DNA of 64,000 nucleotides from a bacterium (GTDB lineage: Bacteria > UBA8248): contig OZ253442.1 of assembly GCA_965261085.1 (NCBI GenBank), positions 576,001 to 640,000 on the forward strand, given 5' to 3'. Shown in pieces: positions 8,415 to 18,896 of the stretch (the stretch's first letter is position 1; the number at the start of each line of letters is the position of its first letter). Both the position numbers and the translations under genes were made by a program. A model generated the notes under the pieces. It had not been told where the DNA came from. It saw nothing but the letters and a program-made list of their open reading frames with translations, and made no database searches.

Positions 8415-9434
8415 CTAGCCGCCGTTCAGCTTTCTGTACGCTTTCTGCATGATGAGCGCGTCGTATTCGAGCGCCGGACTCTCGCACACCACCCGGCCTT
8501 CGGCGCCGAAATCGATGAGCGCGCGGAATAGGTCCTTGTAATTCATGTCCGACTCATCGAGTTCCAGATGATGCGCCTCGCCCTTGTCCGAAAACGCGAT
8601 GCCCGAGAGGTGGATGTGCAGGGTTTTGAGAACGTCATCGCCCATCCTGTTCTTCAGCAGTTCGAGCTGGGCGCCGAACTCATCGTAGGTGTTGTGCGCC
8701 CCCGCCGAGCGCGCGTGAATGTGCGAAAAATCTATCGTGAAGCCGACGTTCTTGCCCCTGAGCGCGCCGCCCATGTCGGCTATCTCCTCGAGCGAGCCGA
8801 ACTGCGTGCCCTTGCCCGTCGTCTCGGGATCCAGGCGAACCGCACAGCCCTCCTCATCCAGGATGTCGGCGAGCTCTCCTATCTGGCTGCAGATGAAGTC
8901 GTAGACCTCTTTCGGGTCTCGTTTCTGGTAAAACCCGGGGTGGAAACACGCCCCGTCGCCGCCGCACTTCGCCAGGGCGCGCGCGGTGTCCAGCACGCGC
9001 TTACGGCTCGCCGCCACCTTTTCTTCTTCCAGCGAATAGAGGTTCACGTAATAGGGCCCGTGCGCGGTGATGTGAACGCCCGTCTCCGCCTGGGCGGCCC
9101 TCACCTCCTCGCACGTCTCCTCCCTGATGCGCACGCCGTGGACGAACTCCATCTCGTAGACGCCAAGGCCCAGCTCGTGCAGCCTGCGCACCGCCGCCGG
9201 GTGGGTCTGCGGCTTGGCCGAATGCGGAACCCCGCCCGTGCCGAAAAATATCCGGTCCGCCCGCTTGGGTTTCGCGTTCACGCTCAAGAGGCCGTCATAG
9301 GTTCTGCCTTTTGGTTTTTCCTTGGGAACCCCCGGGGCCCAGCCGCGAACGTCCGCTTTAGGCTTCGCCGCTTTTTTGGGGGCCGGTTTCTTTTTGGCCG
9401 CGGCTTTCGGGGCCGCCTCTTTCTTTTCCGGCAC
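8415..9434 (-). CDS. endonuclease IV / AP endonuclease family 2 TIM barrel with Lys/Ala/Pro-rich N-terminal tail
   Basis: FGTGG.P, HGPYYVNL, FHPG, ETTGK..QFG, DFSH.HAR, HIHLSGI, ESP. Confidence 0.82.
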   Translation of the reverse strand: MPEKKEAAPKAAAKKKPAPKKAAKPKADVRGWAPGVPKEKPKGRTYDGLLSVNAKPKRADRIFFGTGGVPHSAKPQTHPAAVRRLHELGLGVYEMEFVHGVRIREETCEEVRAAQAETGVHITAHGPYYVNLYSLEEEKVAASRKRVLDTARALAKCGGDGACFHPGFYQKRDPKEVYDFICSQIGELADILDEEGCAVRLDPETTGKGTQFGSLEEIADMGGALRGKNVGFTIDFSHIHARSAGAHNTYDEFGAQLELLKNRMGDDVLKTLHIHLSGIAFSDKGEAHHLELDESDMNYKDLFRALIDFGAEGRVVCESPALEYDALIMQKAYRKLNGG

Positions 9435-9556
9435 GTTCGTCCTCAGAAGATGTATCGCGCAAATGCGCTGTTTTTTTGTCGGAACGCTCTTTCAGGCGGT
9501 CGATGGCCCACTCTAGCAGATATGCGCGCATGCTGCGAGAAACCTCCCTTGAGAAT

Positions 9557-10183
9557 TCAGGCCGCGGGCGCATTCCGGGGCGGTTCGTTCAGCCACTCGC
9601 CCATCTGGGCGAGAATCTCCCGTTTGCCCAACCCCGTGTTCGCGCTGCAAAGGATCGGGCCGGACCAGCGGCCGTACAGCCCGCCTCCGTCCACCATGGT
9701 TTTCACGAGCGCGTCCATAACGCCGCGCCGCTCGTTTTGTTTCAGTTTATCCGCCTTGGTGAGCGCCAGACAGGCAGGCAGGTTCACCGCCGCGAGCCAT
9801 TCGAGCAGGTGCAAGTCCATCTCCCGCGCTCCCCGGCGCGAATCGATGAGCACCACCACGCCCTGGAGCGTTTCCCGCTCTTGGAGATACGTCTCGATCA
9901 TGGGCCGCCAGCGGGCCCTTTCTGCAAGCGGCACCTTCGCGTAGCCGTAGCCCGGCAAATCCACGAGGTTGAAGCGCTCATCCACATTGAAGAAATTGAC
10001 GAGCTGCGTCTTGCCCGGCGTCTCGCTGGTCTTGGCCAGATTCTTGCGGTTGGTCAGGAAATTGATGAGCGAGGATTTGCCGACGTTGCTCCTGCCCGCA
10101 AAGGCGACCTCGGGAAGCTCCGCTCTCGGCCAGCCTCCACGATCGGCCGCGCTTTTGATGAACCGGGCGTTTAGGATTCTCAT
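9557..10183 (-). CDS. engB: ribosome biogenesis GTPase YihA/YsxC
   Basis: GRSNVGKSS, TPGKT, DLPGYG, TKAD. Confidence 0.93.
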   Translation of the reverse strand: MRILNARFIKSAADRGGWPRAELPEVAFAGRSNVGKSSLINFLTNRKNLAKTSETPGKTQLVNFFNVDERFNLVDLPGYGYAKVPLAERARWRPMIETYLQERETLQGVVVLIDSRRGAREMDLHLLEWLAAVNLPACLALTKADKLKQNERRGVMDALVKTMVDGGGLYGRWSGPILCSANTGLGKREILAQMGEWLNEPPRNAPAA

Positions 10184-10193
10184 GGCCGGGGCG

Positions 10194-11507
10194 TCAGGAC
10201 GAATCCCCTGCCGGGGGAGCGAATGCGTGAACCACGAGACCCGTGCGCACCTTGGGGTAGAAATAGGTGGACTTGTGCGGCATCTTTCCGCCCGCCTTGG
10301 CGATCTCGCACACCGACTCAAGGGGCGTGGGATTCAGCAAAACGGCCACCGCGCACTCCCCGCTCCGGGCGCAGGAGAGCGCCATTTCCGGATCAGGCGT
10401 GAAGGCGATGTCTCCTTCCTCGTGAGAGGCCTGGAACGCGCCGTCCACGATGTCCGCATGGAGGCGGCTCACATCGAGTGCGGCGACGGCTTCTTCCACG
10501 GAGGCGGCATCGGCATTATGCCTGCCGATGAGATAGCGGACGTTCGCGCCGCCATCGTAGAGACAAAACACGCTGGCTCCGCTGTTTTCTTCGGACAAGG
10601 CGGCCAGACGCTCCGCCACCCGACTACCGGCGCCCGCCTCGGGCGCCGCCTCTTCCAGGATATCGTATTTCCCGGCCAGCGCGGCGAGAGCCTCTTCGGT
10701 CGTGGCGAATATCTTCTTGAGCAGCCTGTAGGTGGGGAGAATCACCATACCCGGGTCCGCGATGTTGGCCAGGCACATGAGCGTATAATCCGCCTCGCTT
10801 CCCTCGGGAGCACCCTCCGCGCGGGCGGCGTCCCTCAAGTCCAGGGACGTCTCATAACGGTGGTGGCCGTCGGCGATGAACGCCTCCCTGTCCCTGAGCG
10901 ATTCCTGCGCGATTGCGATGACGTCCGGGTCGTCGCACCGCCACAGGGTATGGCGCACGCCGGCGTCCTCGAAATCGGCGATGGGCGCGCCTTTATCCGC
11001 GCTCTTGAGCGCGTGGTTCGCCGTTTCCCGGGGGTCGTCGTAAAAGCTGAAGATAGGCCCCAGATGCGCGCCGCTCCTCCCCCACAGGTCGAACAGGTAG
11101 CCCTTGGGCTTGGGGAAAGTCTGCTCATGGGGATGGATTTCGCCCGCGCCGTAGGGTTCGAGCTTCACCGCCGCGAAAAAAGCATTTCTCTCGAGATTCG
11201 TTCCATCGGGAAGCGCGAAGCCCTGGCGGTAGGGATAGAGCGCAGGCGTATCGTCCAGAGCCATCTCCCCGCTCGCGCGCCAGTTTTTCAGATATTCGAC
11301 AGCGCGCCCCACGCGGCCCGCGTCTCCATCCTCACCCTCTAGAATTTCGCCCTGAATCAGCCGCACGATGTTCAGGGGGTGACGCTCATAAAATGAACGC
11401 CTGATCTCGGACGTAAAAACGTCATACGGCGGGGAGGAGACCTCTCCCATTTCATCTGGTGCGATATTCGAATACCTCAGCGCGCGGAACGCCCGGACCT
11501 GAACCAC
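10194..11507 (-). CDS. DUF1015 family protein
   Basis: PPYDV, PHEQT, IADGHHRYET, MP.KSTYFYPK; GTG start after AGGGAGG. Confidence 0.88.
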   Translation of the reverse strand: MVQVRAFRALRYSNIAPDEMGEVSSPPYDVFTSEIRRSFYERHPLNIVRLIQGEILEGEDGDAGRVGRAVEYLKNWRASGEMALDDTPALYPYRQGFALPDGTNLERNAFFAAVKLEPYGAGEIHPHEQTFPKPKGYLFDLWGRSGAHLGPIFSFYDDPRETANHALKSADKGAPIADFEDAGVRHTLWRCDDPDVIAIAQESLRDREAFIADGHHRYETSLDLRDAARAEGAPEGSEADYTLMCLANIADPGMVILPTYRLLKKIFATTEEALAALAGKYDILEEAAPEAGAGSRVAERLAALSEENSGASVFCLYDGGANVRYLIGRHNADAASVEEAVAALDVSRLHADIVDGAFQASHEEGDIAFTPDPEMALSCARSGECAVAVLLNPTPLESVCEIAKAGGKMPHKSTYFYPKVRTGLVVHAFAPPAGDSS

Positions 11508-11553
11508 GAAAAACCTCCCTTTCGAGTAAGCGATGAATCCAGCGGCGAGGGGG

Positions 11554-11582
11554 ATATTAAGGTCGCCCGAGTGGGCTGTCAA
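11554..11582 (-). promoter_or_regulatory. sigma70 promoter of DUF1015-engB
   Basis: TTGACA-N17-TAATAT on the minus strand. Confidence 0.7.
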
Positions 11583-11741
11583 AACACGATCGGGCAGATG
11601 CGCTGGATTTGAAGACCTCTCTCCCGTTCCGGCTCTTCGGGCGAGCGAGTTGACCCCGGCGGGCGGGTGCTCTAGTTTCCTCAGCATTATCCACGGGGCC
11701 GGATGGGCCGGGATTTGAAGTCGTGAACGAGGGAAATGCGA

Positions 11742-12692
11742 ATGGAAACGAAATTCGGCATCAGCTTCGGCATGCACCCCGATCGTATCTATACGCCTGC
11801 TGAAATGTATGCGTTCGCAGAATCCGCCGAAGCCCTGGGCTATGACTCCATGTGGATTGGCGATCACGTCTCCTTTCACGGCCACTACACAGAGAGCCTC
11901 ACCACGCTGGCCGCCTTCGCGGCCCGCACCAGCCGCATCACCTTGGGCGTGGGCGTCTATCTCCTGCCGCTCAGAAGACCCGCCATCGCCGCCAAGACCG
12001 CGGCCACGGTGGACTACCTGACGGGCGGGGGGCGCTTCGTCTTCGGCGTCGGCGTAGGGGGCGAGGGAAAAACCGAGTTCGAGCTTTGCGGCGTGCCCGT
12101 CAAAGAACGCGGCGCGAGGACGGATGAGTCAATCGAAATCGTGCGAAAACTCTGGAGCGGCGAGAAGGTAAGCCACCAAGGGCGCTTCTGGCGCTTTACC
12201 GACGCGCGCCAGACGCCTGCCCCGGCCACGCCCGGCGGCCCGCCCATCTGGGTGGGCGGACGCAGCGACGCCGCCCGCAGAAGAGCGGCGCTCACATGCC
12301 AAGGCTACGTCTCTTATATGTTCTCGGCGCCTCGCTTCGCCAAAGGCCTTGAGGACATGAGGCGCTGGGCGGAGGAAGCGGGGAGGCCTCTCGACATCGA
12401 AGGGGGCGCGTGGACGCCGGCGCACCATGCGTTCATTTACGTTCACGAGGACCCCGAACACGCCTTGCGCTGCGGCATCGAGAATCTCTCCAGACGCTAC
12501 AACATGGATTTTGACGGCATTGCCCAAAAGTATTTATTCTATGGGCCGCGCGAGCGCTGTCTGGAGCAGATAGCGGAGTTCCAGGAGGCGGGCGCGGCGC
12601 ACTTCATCTTCAAGCACGCGGGTCCTGCGGATGAGGAGATGGATCAGATGGCGCTGCTCGCGGAAGAGGTGATCCCGGAGGTGAGAAATTGA
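11742..12692 (+). CDS. LLM-class flavin/F420-dependent oxidoreductase
   Basis: AE.LGYDSMWIGDH, GRFVFGVGVG, PPIWVGG. Confidence 0.9.
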   Translation: METKFGISFGMHPDRIYTPAEMYAFAESAEALGYDSMWIGDHVSFHGHYTESLTTLAAFAARTSRITLGVGVYLLPLRRPAIAAKTAATVDYLTGGGRFVFGVGVGGEGKTEFELCGVPVKERGARTDESIEIVRKLWSGEKVSHQGRFWRFTDARQTPAPATPGGPPIWVGGRSDAARRRAALTCQGYVSYMFSAPRFAKGLEDMRRWAEEAGRPLDIEGGAWTPAHHAFIYVHEDPEHALRCGIENLSRRYNMDFDGIAQKYLFYGPRERCLEQIAEFQEAGAAHFIFKHAGPADEEMDQMALLAEEVIPEVRN

Positions 12693-13051
12693 GCGAGGTG
12701 AAAAAAGGAGGCCTCAAATGGCCCGTTTGCACCGTCCTGATACTCGCGCTCGTGGGCGGGATGATCTACTGGGGCTATACCGCATTCGAAGCAGAACAGG
12801 CCATGACCCAGGCGAGGGTGTCCGCACCCGCCCAAACGACGGGGGGAGCGGCATCAGTCGCGGCGCCTATCGCCTACCGCTCCGCATTGCCCCTCTATTT
12901 TCTAGTGGGTTTCGCCCTCGTCATGACGGCGATTCTGGGCAGCATCATCTACTTCTGGTGGTCGCTCAAGGATTTGGAAGGCGGCAGACGCTACGGCGAG
13001 GAGGAAGCGGAAGCCCCGACCCCTAACTCGGATAAAGTCCCCGCTCCGTAA
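12689..13051 (+). CDS. hypothetical two-TM membrane protein
   Basis: TTG start overlapping upstream stop; two hydrophobic segments. Confidence 0.65.
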   Translation: MSEVKKGGLKWPVCTVLILALVGGMIYWGYTAFEAEQAMTQARVSAPAQTTGGAASVAAPIAYRSALPLYFLVGFALVMTAILGSIIYFWWSLKDLEGGRRYGEEEAEAPTPNSDKVPAP

Positions 13052-13064
13052 GTTTTTTTAAGTT

Positions 13065-14180
13065 CTACGCCTGCTCGATGGCGGAGAGGAACCACCCGTT
13101 CGGCCCCTCGGGCCGCACCCACGTCCAGTATTCCGAGAAATTCACCCGCTCCGTGCGACTGCCCTCGACGATATCCCCACTTCTCTCGTCCACCACGTAA
13201 TCGCAAAGGCTCGCCTCGTAACGCACGTTGATGAAATCGTAACCCTCTTCGTTCCAGACCTCGACGATCTCCGCCCCTTTGATATCCACGTCATCGAGTT
13301 TGTTGATCTTGCCTTCACTCTTAAGCCCCTCGATGTCGCGCTCGACCTCGGTGTAGATCTCCTTGTCCATGAGGTCGCGAACGGAGGTGAGGTCGCGCGC
13401 CGTCCAGGCGTTCTGGAAGCGGATGAAATTTTCCTTCACCAGACCCAGGAAGGCTTGTTCCGAAAAAGAAGTGTCACCCTCGGCCATCTGCCGCAGCGCC
13501 GCATCGCTCGCGGAATCACGGCGCGGGCCGCCGCCCGATCCTCGGGCCGAACGAGTCGAACCGCCGGCCGTGCCGATGTCCGAGCCGCGGTACACACCCC
13601 CCGATCTCTCGTATCTACCGGGCGCTTCATCCCTCTCGCGAGGTTCTTCTTCATGCCCGCCCACACCGTAGGGGTCCGCCTCGGCGTAGCGGTTTCCCGA
13701 ATAGCGCGGCTCGCTGGAAGCGGCGGCGGTGCGGTTGCGGATCATCCGGAAGATGAAGAAGATGATTCCGCCGATCAGGAGAATTTCCAGAATCCCGAAA
13801 CCACCGCCCGTCCCCATGCCGCCCATACCGCCGAACATCATGCGGCCGAGCATGCCGCCCAGCAGAAACCCGCCGATGCCCGCGAACAGGCCTGTGCCTA
13901 AGCCGCCGCCCAGGAACGAGCGCCTCTGGAACGGTCTGCGTGAGGAGCTGCGCGCGCGGGAGCGCGAGCCGAAGTTCGATCGCCTCGAGAAACCCCTGCG
14001 CCCGAAACTGCCGAACCCGCGCGAGCCCCTGAACCCGAAGGAGCGGAACCCGCCGAAGCGCCTCGCCTCGGCATCTTGGGTCACCAGAACCAGACCATCC
14101 GGGGTGCGGGCGGGCGCGCCCAGGTGCGCGGGGGCCAGAAACAACAACGCGAACAACAAAGCGATGAGAAAAGACTTCAT
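13065..14180 (-). CDS. Tim44 domain-containing protein
   Basis: Signal peptide, ARRFGG.RSFG.RGSR, Gly-rich TM region, C-terminal F...Q.AW...D...F.EYWT...W.LSAIEQ. Confidence 0.85.
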   Translation of the reverse strand: MKSFLIALLFALLFLAPAHLGAPARTPDGLVLVTQDAEARRFGGFRSFGFRGSRGFGSFGRRGFSRRSNFGSRSRARSSSRRPFQRRSFLGGGLGTGLFAGIGGFLLGGMLGRMMFGGMGGMGTGGGFGILEILLIGGIIFFIFRMIRNRTAAASSEPRYSGNRYAEADPYGVGGHEEEPRERDEAPGRYERSGGVYRGSDIGTAGGSTRSARGSGGGPRRDSASDAALRQMAEGDTSFSEQAFLGLVKENFIRFQNAWTARDLTSVRDLMDKEIYTEVERDIEGLKSEGKINKLDDVDIKGAEIVEVWNEEGYDFINVRYEASLCDYVVDERSGDIVEGSRTERVNFSEYWTWVRPEGPNGWFLSAIEQA

Positions 14181-14425
14181 GGAAAACCTCCGAAAGCGGC
14201 CAGGCCCGAAGAGAAAAAGGGCCATTCCAGGAACGTGGATTATCCCAAGATTGGACGCCTGAGTCCATTGCGAAAAGCGCGTGGGCTTCGGTGAGAAGAA
14301 TCCGCCCGAATCGTTGATGGCGCATCCGCCCTCTGCTACCATCGGGGCGTCCCGCGAAACGTATTTCTTGAATCCCCAGGGGGCCATAGAGCGTCCGGTC
14401 CCGAAAACGAGGAAGCGCCGATTCC

Positions 14426-15625
14426 ATGAACGAACACAAAAAAATGCCGCTCGAAGGCGTGCGGGTCATCGACATCGGAACCCTGTTCGCAGGCCCCTGG
14501 ATAGCCACCTACATGGCGGATTTTGGAGCGGATGTCATCAAGGTCGAACACCCGCGCGGCGATTCGTTGAGAAACTTCGCCTCCCAAAAAGACGGCGTCT
14601 CGCTGTGGTGGAAGCTGGCGAGCCGCAACAAGAAATCCATCACCTGCAACATCTCCTCGCCCGAGGGGCAGGAGATCGTCCGCAAGCTGTGTGAGAACGC
14701 CGACGTGCTGGTGGAGAACTTCCGCCCCGGCACGATGGAGAGATGGGGTTTTTCCTGGGAGAGCCTCCACGCCTTGAACCCCAAGCTCATCCTCGCGCGA
14801 ACGAGCGGTTTCGGGCAAAAAGGTCCTTATGCGCAAAGACCCGGCTTCGGCACGCTGGCCGAGGCGATGAGCGGGTTTGCGCACATCACGGGCTTTCCCG
14901 ACGGTCCGCCCACGCTGCCGCCCTTCGCCCTGGCGGACGGCATCAGCGCGCTGTGCGGCACCTACGCCGTGATGATGGCGCTCTACCACCGAGACGTCCA
15001 CGACGCGCCCGGCCAGGAGATAGACATCGCCATCTATGAACCCATCACCACGGTGCTGGGACCCCAGCCGCTCGAATACGACCAACTCGGCTACGTCCAG
15101 ATGCGCACGGGAAACGCCATTCCCTTCGCCGCGCCCAGAAACGCCTACCGCTGCAAGGACGGGCGCTACGTCGTGATATCCGCGAGTTCGGAGAACATCT
15201 TCAAGCGCGTCATGCGCGCGGTGGGGCGTGAGGACTTAGGTGACGACCCCAGGATGATCACCCAGGCGGGCCGGGTCGAAAACATGGCCGAACTCGACGG
15301 CGCCATCCAGGCCTGGATAGGCGAGCATACGCTCGATGAGACGATTGATTATTTTGAAAAACACGAATGCGCCCTGGGGCCCATTTACGACGTGGCCCAG
15401 TTCATGGCGGACCCCCACGTGCAGGCGCGAGAGACCATCACCACCGTGGAGGATGAGGAACTCGGCCCCATCAAGATGCAAAACGTGATCCCGAGGCTGA
15501 ACGGCTCGCCGGGCGCCATTCGCTGGGCGGGGCCTCCCATGGGCAAGCACACCGACGAGGTTTTGGAAGAAATCGGTTACGACGCTTCGGCCATATCCAG
15601 CTTAAGAGACAAGGGCGTCATCTAG
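14426..15625 (+). CDS. CoA-transferase family III (CaiB/BaiF)
   Basis: ADFGADVIKVE, RNKKS, ENFRPG, GFGQ.GPY. Confidence 0.92.
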   Translation: MNEHKKMPLEGVRVIDIGTLFAGPWIATYMADFGADVIKVEHPRGDSLRNFASQKDGVSLWWKLASRNKKSITCNISSPEGQEIVRKLCENADVLVENFRPGTMERWGFSWESLHALNPKLILARTSGFGQKGPYAQRPGFGTLAEAMSGFAHITGFPDGPPTLPPFALADGISALCGTYAVMMALYHRDVHDAPGQEIDIAIYEPITTVLGPQPLEYDQLGYVQMRTGNAIPFAAPRNAYRCKDGRYVVISASSENIFKRVMRAVGREDLGDDPRMITQAGRVENMAELDGAIQAWIGEHTLDETIDYFEKHECALGPIYDVAQFMADPHVQARETITTVEDEELGPIKMQNVIPRLNGSPGAIRWAGPPMGKHTDEVLEEIGYDASAISSLRDKGVI

Positions 15626-15633
15626 CCCCCGCG

Positions 15634-16536
15634 ATGAGAGAACCTCCCGAGCACTGTGTTTTCGTCTTTCACAAGAACTATTACGCCGACATCGGCGCAC
15701 ATGTCTTACAAGCCGAAAAATACCAGAAGACCCACGCCAGACTGAGAGAAGCCGGGATGCCCGATGCCGCTTTTATCGAGCCGCACATGGCGGCGGAAGA
15801 AGAACTCGCCCTCGTCCACACCCCCGAATATCTGGCGGATTTGCGCTCTGGCCGTCACACCGAGCGCACGATGCCGAGCGAGCTTCCCATCAGCAAGGAG
15901 ATCGTGGACGCGGGCTTTCTGGCGGCCGGCGGCACCATCCTCGCCGCGCGCGAAGCGCTCAAAAGAGGCCGCGCCTTGAACCTCACCGGGGGGTTCCACC
16001 ACGCCTTCGCCGATCAGGCCGAGGGTTTTTGCTACGTGAACGATCTGGCGGTAGCCGTGCGCGTTCTTCAAAAAGAGGGCGCCATCAAAAAAGCCGCCGT
16101 GGTCGACTGCGACTTGCACCAGGGAAACGGCACCGCCGTTATCTTCAGGCGCGATGAGAGCGTGTTCACGTTCTCCATCCATCAGGAGAACATCTATCCG
16201 CGCAAGAAAAGGAGCGACATCGACGTCGGCTTGTATGATCTCGCCACCGAAGATGAATACCTGCCGCATCTGGAAAAACACATCCCGAAGATACTCGATG
16301 AACACAAACCAGACCTCGTGATGTATCAGGCGGGAGCGGACCCTTATGCGGGGGATCAGCTCGGAACGCTCAAGCTCTCGAAAGAAGGTCTCAAGCGGCG
16401 AGATGCGTATGTTCTCGGAGAATGCCGCTCACGGGGGATTCCCGTAGCGGGCACTCTGGGCGGGGGCTACGCCCTGAATCCTGCGGACACGGTGGAGGTC
16501 CACTTTCAGACGGCGATATGTTTTTGGGATGTTTGA
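15634..16536 (+). CDS. histone deacetylase family protein
   Basis: GGFHHA, GFCYVND, DCDLHQGNGT, QAGAD, GGGY. Confidence 0.92.
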   Translation: MREPPEHCVFVFHKNYYADIGAHVLQAEKYQKTHARLREAGMPDAAFIEPHMAAEEELALVHTPEYLADLRSGRHTERTMPSELPISKEIVDAGFLAAGGTILAAREALKRGRALNLTGGFHHAFADQAEGFCYVNDLAVAVRVLQKEGAIKKAAVVDCDLHQGNGTAVIFRRDESVFTFSIHQENIYPRKKRSDIDVGLYDLATEDEYLPHLEKHIPKILDEHKPDLVMYQAGADPYAGDQLGTLKLSKEGLKRRDAYVLGECRSRGIPVAGTLGGGYALNPADTVEVHFQTAICFWDV

Positions 16537-16628
16537 GTTTCAGCTTCGCCGAAGCGCGGGCGGTGTGTATACTCTCCCGGTTTTCCGGGATTGGTTCTTC
16601 GTCATGATTCATCAGAGCAAGGAAGCGT

Positions 16629-17933
16629 ATGCCCAAGTCCCCTGAAAGCGGCCCCGCGAAAAAACCGAAATTCTACTACGGCTGGCTCATCGTCTGGCTT
16701 TCTTTCGCCACGCTGGGGTTTCACGTCGTCACGCGGTTTTCCTTCGGCATCTTCCAGGTCCCCCTGCTCGAGGAGTTCGGCTGGAGCCGGGGCCTTCTGA
16801 GCGGGGCGTTCTCGCTTTCGATGGCCACGTACGCCTTCTGTGCGCCGTTTGCCGGCTCGCTTCTTGAGAAAAAAGGACCGCGCGCCATCATGCCCTGGGG
16901 GTCGGTGATACTGGGCCTGACGTTCATCGCGTGTTTCTTCGTGTCCTCGCTCTGGCACCTTTACATCCTGTTCGGGCTTTTCGCCGGCTTCGGCCTGTCG
17001 CTGAGCGGTTTCTCCACGCACAGCGCCATCATGCCGCGCTGGTTCGTCAAGAAAAGAGGCCGCGCCACGGGAATCGCCCTCTCGGGCATCGGAATCGGCA
17101 TCCTCATCCTGGCCCCCTTGATCGAGCGGCTCATCGCGTCGGTAGGCTGGCGCTACACGTATATGATCTTCGGCTTGGTCGTGCTGTGCGTCGTCGCGCC
17201 CGCAAGTTTCCTGCTCATGCGCGACGTGCCCGAGGACGTGGGCCAGGGGCCGGACGGCAACCCGCCGCGCACGCCCGAGGAGATGGCGAGAGCAGGCGTA
17301 GGCCACGGCGGCGAGGGCAAGGGCGTGCGGGAGGTCTTCTCGGTCGTTAGGCACGACATACGCTTTTGGTGCCTCATCCTGATGTGCTTCGCCATCGGGC
17401 TCAACAACAACACCATCATGAGCCAGCTTCATCTCTATCTCGTCGATGTGGGATACGGCACGGCTCTTGCGGCGATCATCTTCGGCTCCGTCGGCTTCAT
17501 CCGAACATTCGGCAGCATCGGCGGCGGATGGGTGGGCGACATCATCGGGCGCGGTCGCGGGGTGGCGCTCGCCGCCGTGGTGGTGGCGGCGGGCCTCACG
17601 CTCTTAATCCTCATTCCCTATTTCGGCGGGGGCATCCTGCCGGGCTATGCATTCGCCCTGGTGTACGGCGTCGGCATCGGCGCCATGAGCGCGTGTTATT
17701 CCGCCCTGGCGGGGGATTGCTTCGGGGGCCGCACCTACGGCGTCATCATCGGCTTCATGGAGATCTGCTACGGACTGGGGGGCGTCGTCGGGCCCGTGTT
17801 CGCGGGATTCATGTACGACTACACACAAAGCTACTTCATTCCCTTCCTGACCATCATCTTCTTCATGTTCTTCTCGATAGCCCTGGCGCTCTGGCTGCAC
17901 ACATATATGCAAAGACACGGCCTGGAGCCGTGA
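16629..17933 (+). CDS. MFS transporter
   Basis: 12 TM pattern, FYYGW, WF.KKRG.A.G, GD.IGR. Confidence 0.9.
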   Translation: MPKSPESGPAKKPKFYYGWLIVWLSFATLGFHVVTRFSFGIFQVPLLEEFGWSRGLLSGAFSLSMATYAFCAPFAGSLLEKKGPRAIMPWGSVILGLTFIACFFVSSLWHLYILFGLFAGFGLSLSGFSTHSAIMPRWFVKKRGRATGIALSGIGIGILILAPLIERLIASVGWRYTYMIFGLVVLCVVAPASFLLMRDVPEDVGQGPDGNPPRTPEEMARAGVGHGGEGKGVREVFSVVRHDIRFWCLILMCFAIGLNNNTIMSQLHLYLVDVGYGTALAAIIFGSVGFIRTFGSIGGGWVGDIIGRGRGVALAAVVVAAGLTLLILIPYFGGGILPGYAFALVYGVGIGAMSACYSALAGDCFGGRTYGVIIGFMEICYGLGGVVGPVFAGFMYDYTQSYFIPFLTIIFFMFFSIALALWLHTYMQRHGLEP

Positions 17934-17945
17934 TGGGCAGGGCCG

Positions 17946-18815
17946 CTATTTCAGGTTCTCGAGATACCTTTTCACCTTGTATTGCGTGGAGAGGTCCAAA
18001 AGGACTTTGCGCATCGCCTCTCTTTTGTTGCGCGCGCCCATTTCTTCGGTGATTTTCTCTTTCACCTCATCGAAGCCGAGTTGTTTGCCTTTTTCCATTT
18101 TCGCGGTTTTCACGACGTGCCAGCCGTAGACGCTCTTCACCACGCCGCTGTGCGCGCCCGCTTTGAGTGAAAACGCCGTTTGCTCGATTACCTCGGGCAG
18201 GCCCGTCCTCCGGCTGTGGCCCCGGCTCATTGCGCCCAGGCTCCCGCCGTGCGGACGCTCGGGCGCAAGGGAATAACTCTTCGCCAGTTCGGCGAAATCC
18301 CCTCCCTCTGCGAGCTTCGCCAGTAGATCCTTCGCCTCTTTTTCAGACGCCACCATGATGTGGGAGGCGGTGACTTTATCGCCCTCAGTGAATTTCGACT
18401 TGTTCTGCTCATATTCCGCGCGAATCTGGGCCGCCTTGGGCTTTGATCTCTCCTCGATTCTGCGAACGGCCTCGGCGATGAGAATCTCTCGCCGCGCACG
18501 CTCCATCTGCATCTTCACGCGCTCGCTGCCGTGAAAATCATTTTCAGTCGCATAGCGGACGATGAGCCAACGCTGGATCAACGCTTCCAGGAACATCGCC
18601 TTGTTCGTTCGCGCCTGCATCTGCATGTTGGCCGGCAACTCTTTGATGAAGGCATAAAAAGATTCCAGCGTTATCGGCTCCTCGCCGACGGACGCGACAA
18701 CAGCCTTCTCGGACGCCCCCGAGCCGCTCTTTGGCGCGGCGGATGCGGTGGAGACGAAAGCGAAAAAGATCGTGAGTATGAGCGCTGCGATTCCGGTGAT
18801 GGTTGGGCGCGTCAT
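17946..18815 (-). CDS. secreted parvulin-type peptidyl-prolyl isomerase
   Basis: Signal peptide; ASHIMV, FAELAK.YS, GG.LG, YGWHVVK. Confidence 0.88.
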   Translation of the reverse strand: MTRPTITGIAALILTIFFAFVSTASAAPKSGSGASEKAVVASVGEEPITLESFYAFIKELPANMQMQARTNKAMFLEALIQRWLIVRYATENDFHGSERVKMQMERARREILIAEAVRRIEERSKPKAAQIRAEYEQNKSKFTEGDKVTASHIMVASEKEAKDLLAKLAEGGDFAELAKSYSLAPERPHGGSLGAMSRGHSRRTGLPEVIEQTAFSLKAGAHSGVVKSVYGWHVVKTAKMEKGKQLGFDEVKEKITEEMGARNKREAMRKVLLDLSTQYKVKRYLENLK

Positions 18816-18896
18816 GAGATGATCTCCTGAAGGCATGGCGGGAAACCGGAGAATTGGCGATCATACAACAAATCTCGTGAGGTTGCTTTCCCCGCT

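Noticed and set aside
13780-14070. Gly/Arg/Phe low-complexity tract
   Set aside because: Typical N-terminal feature of bacterial Tim44-domain proteins
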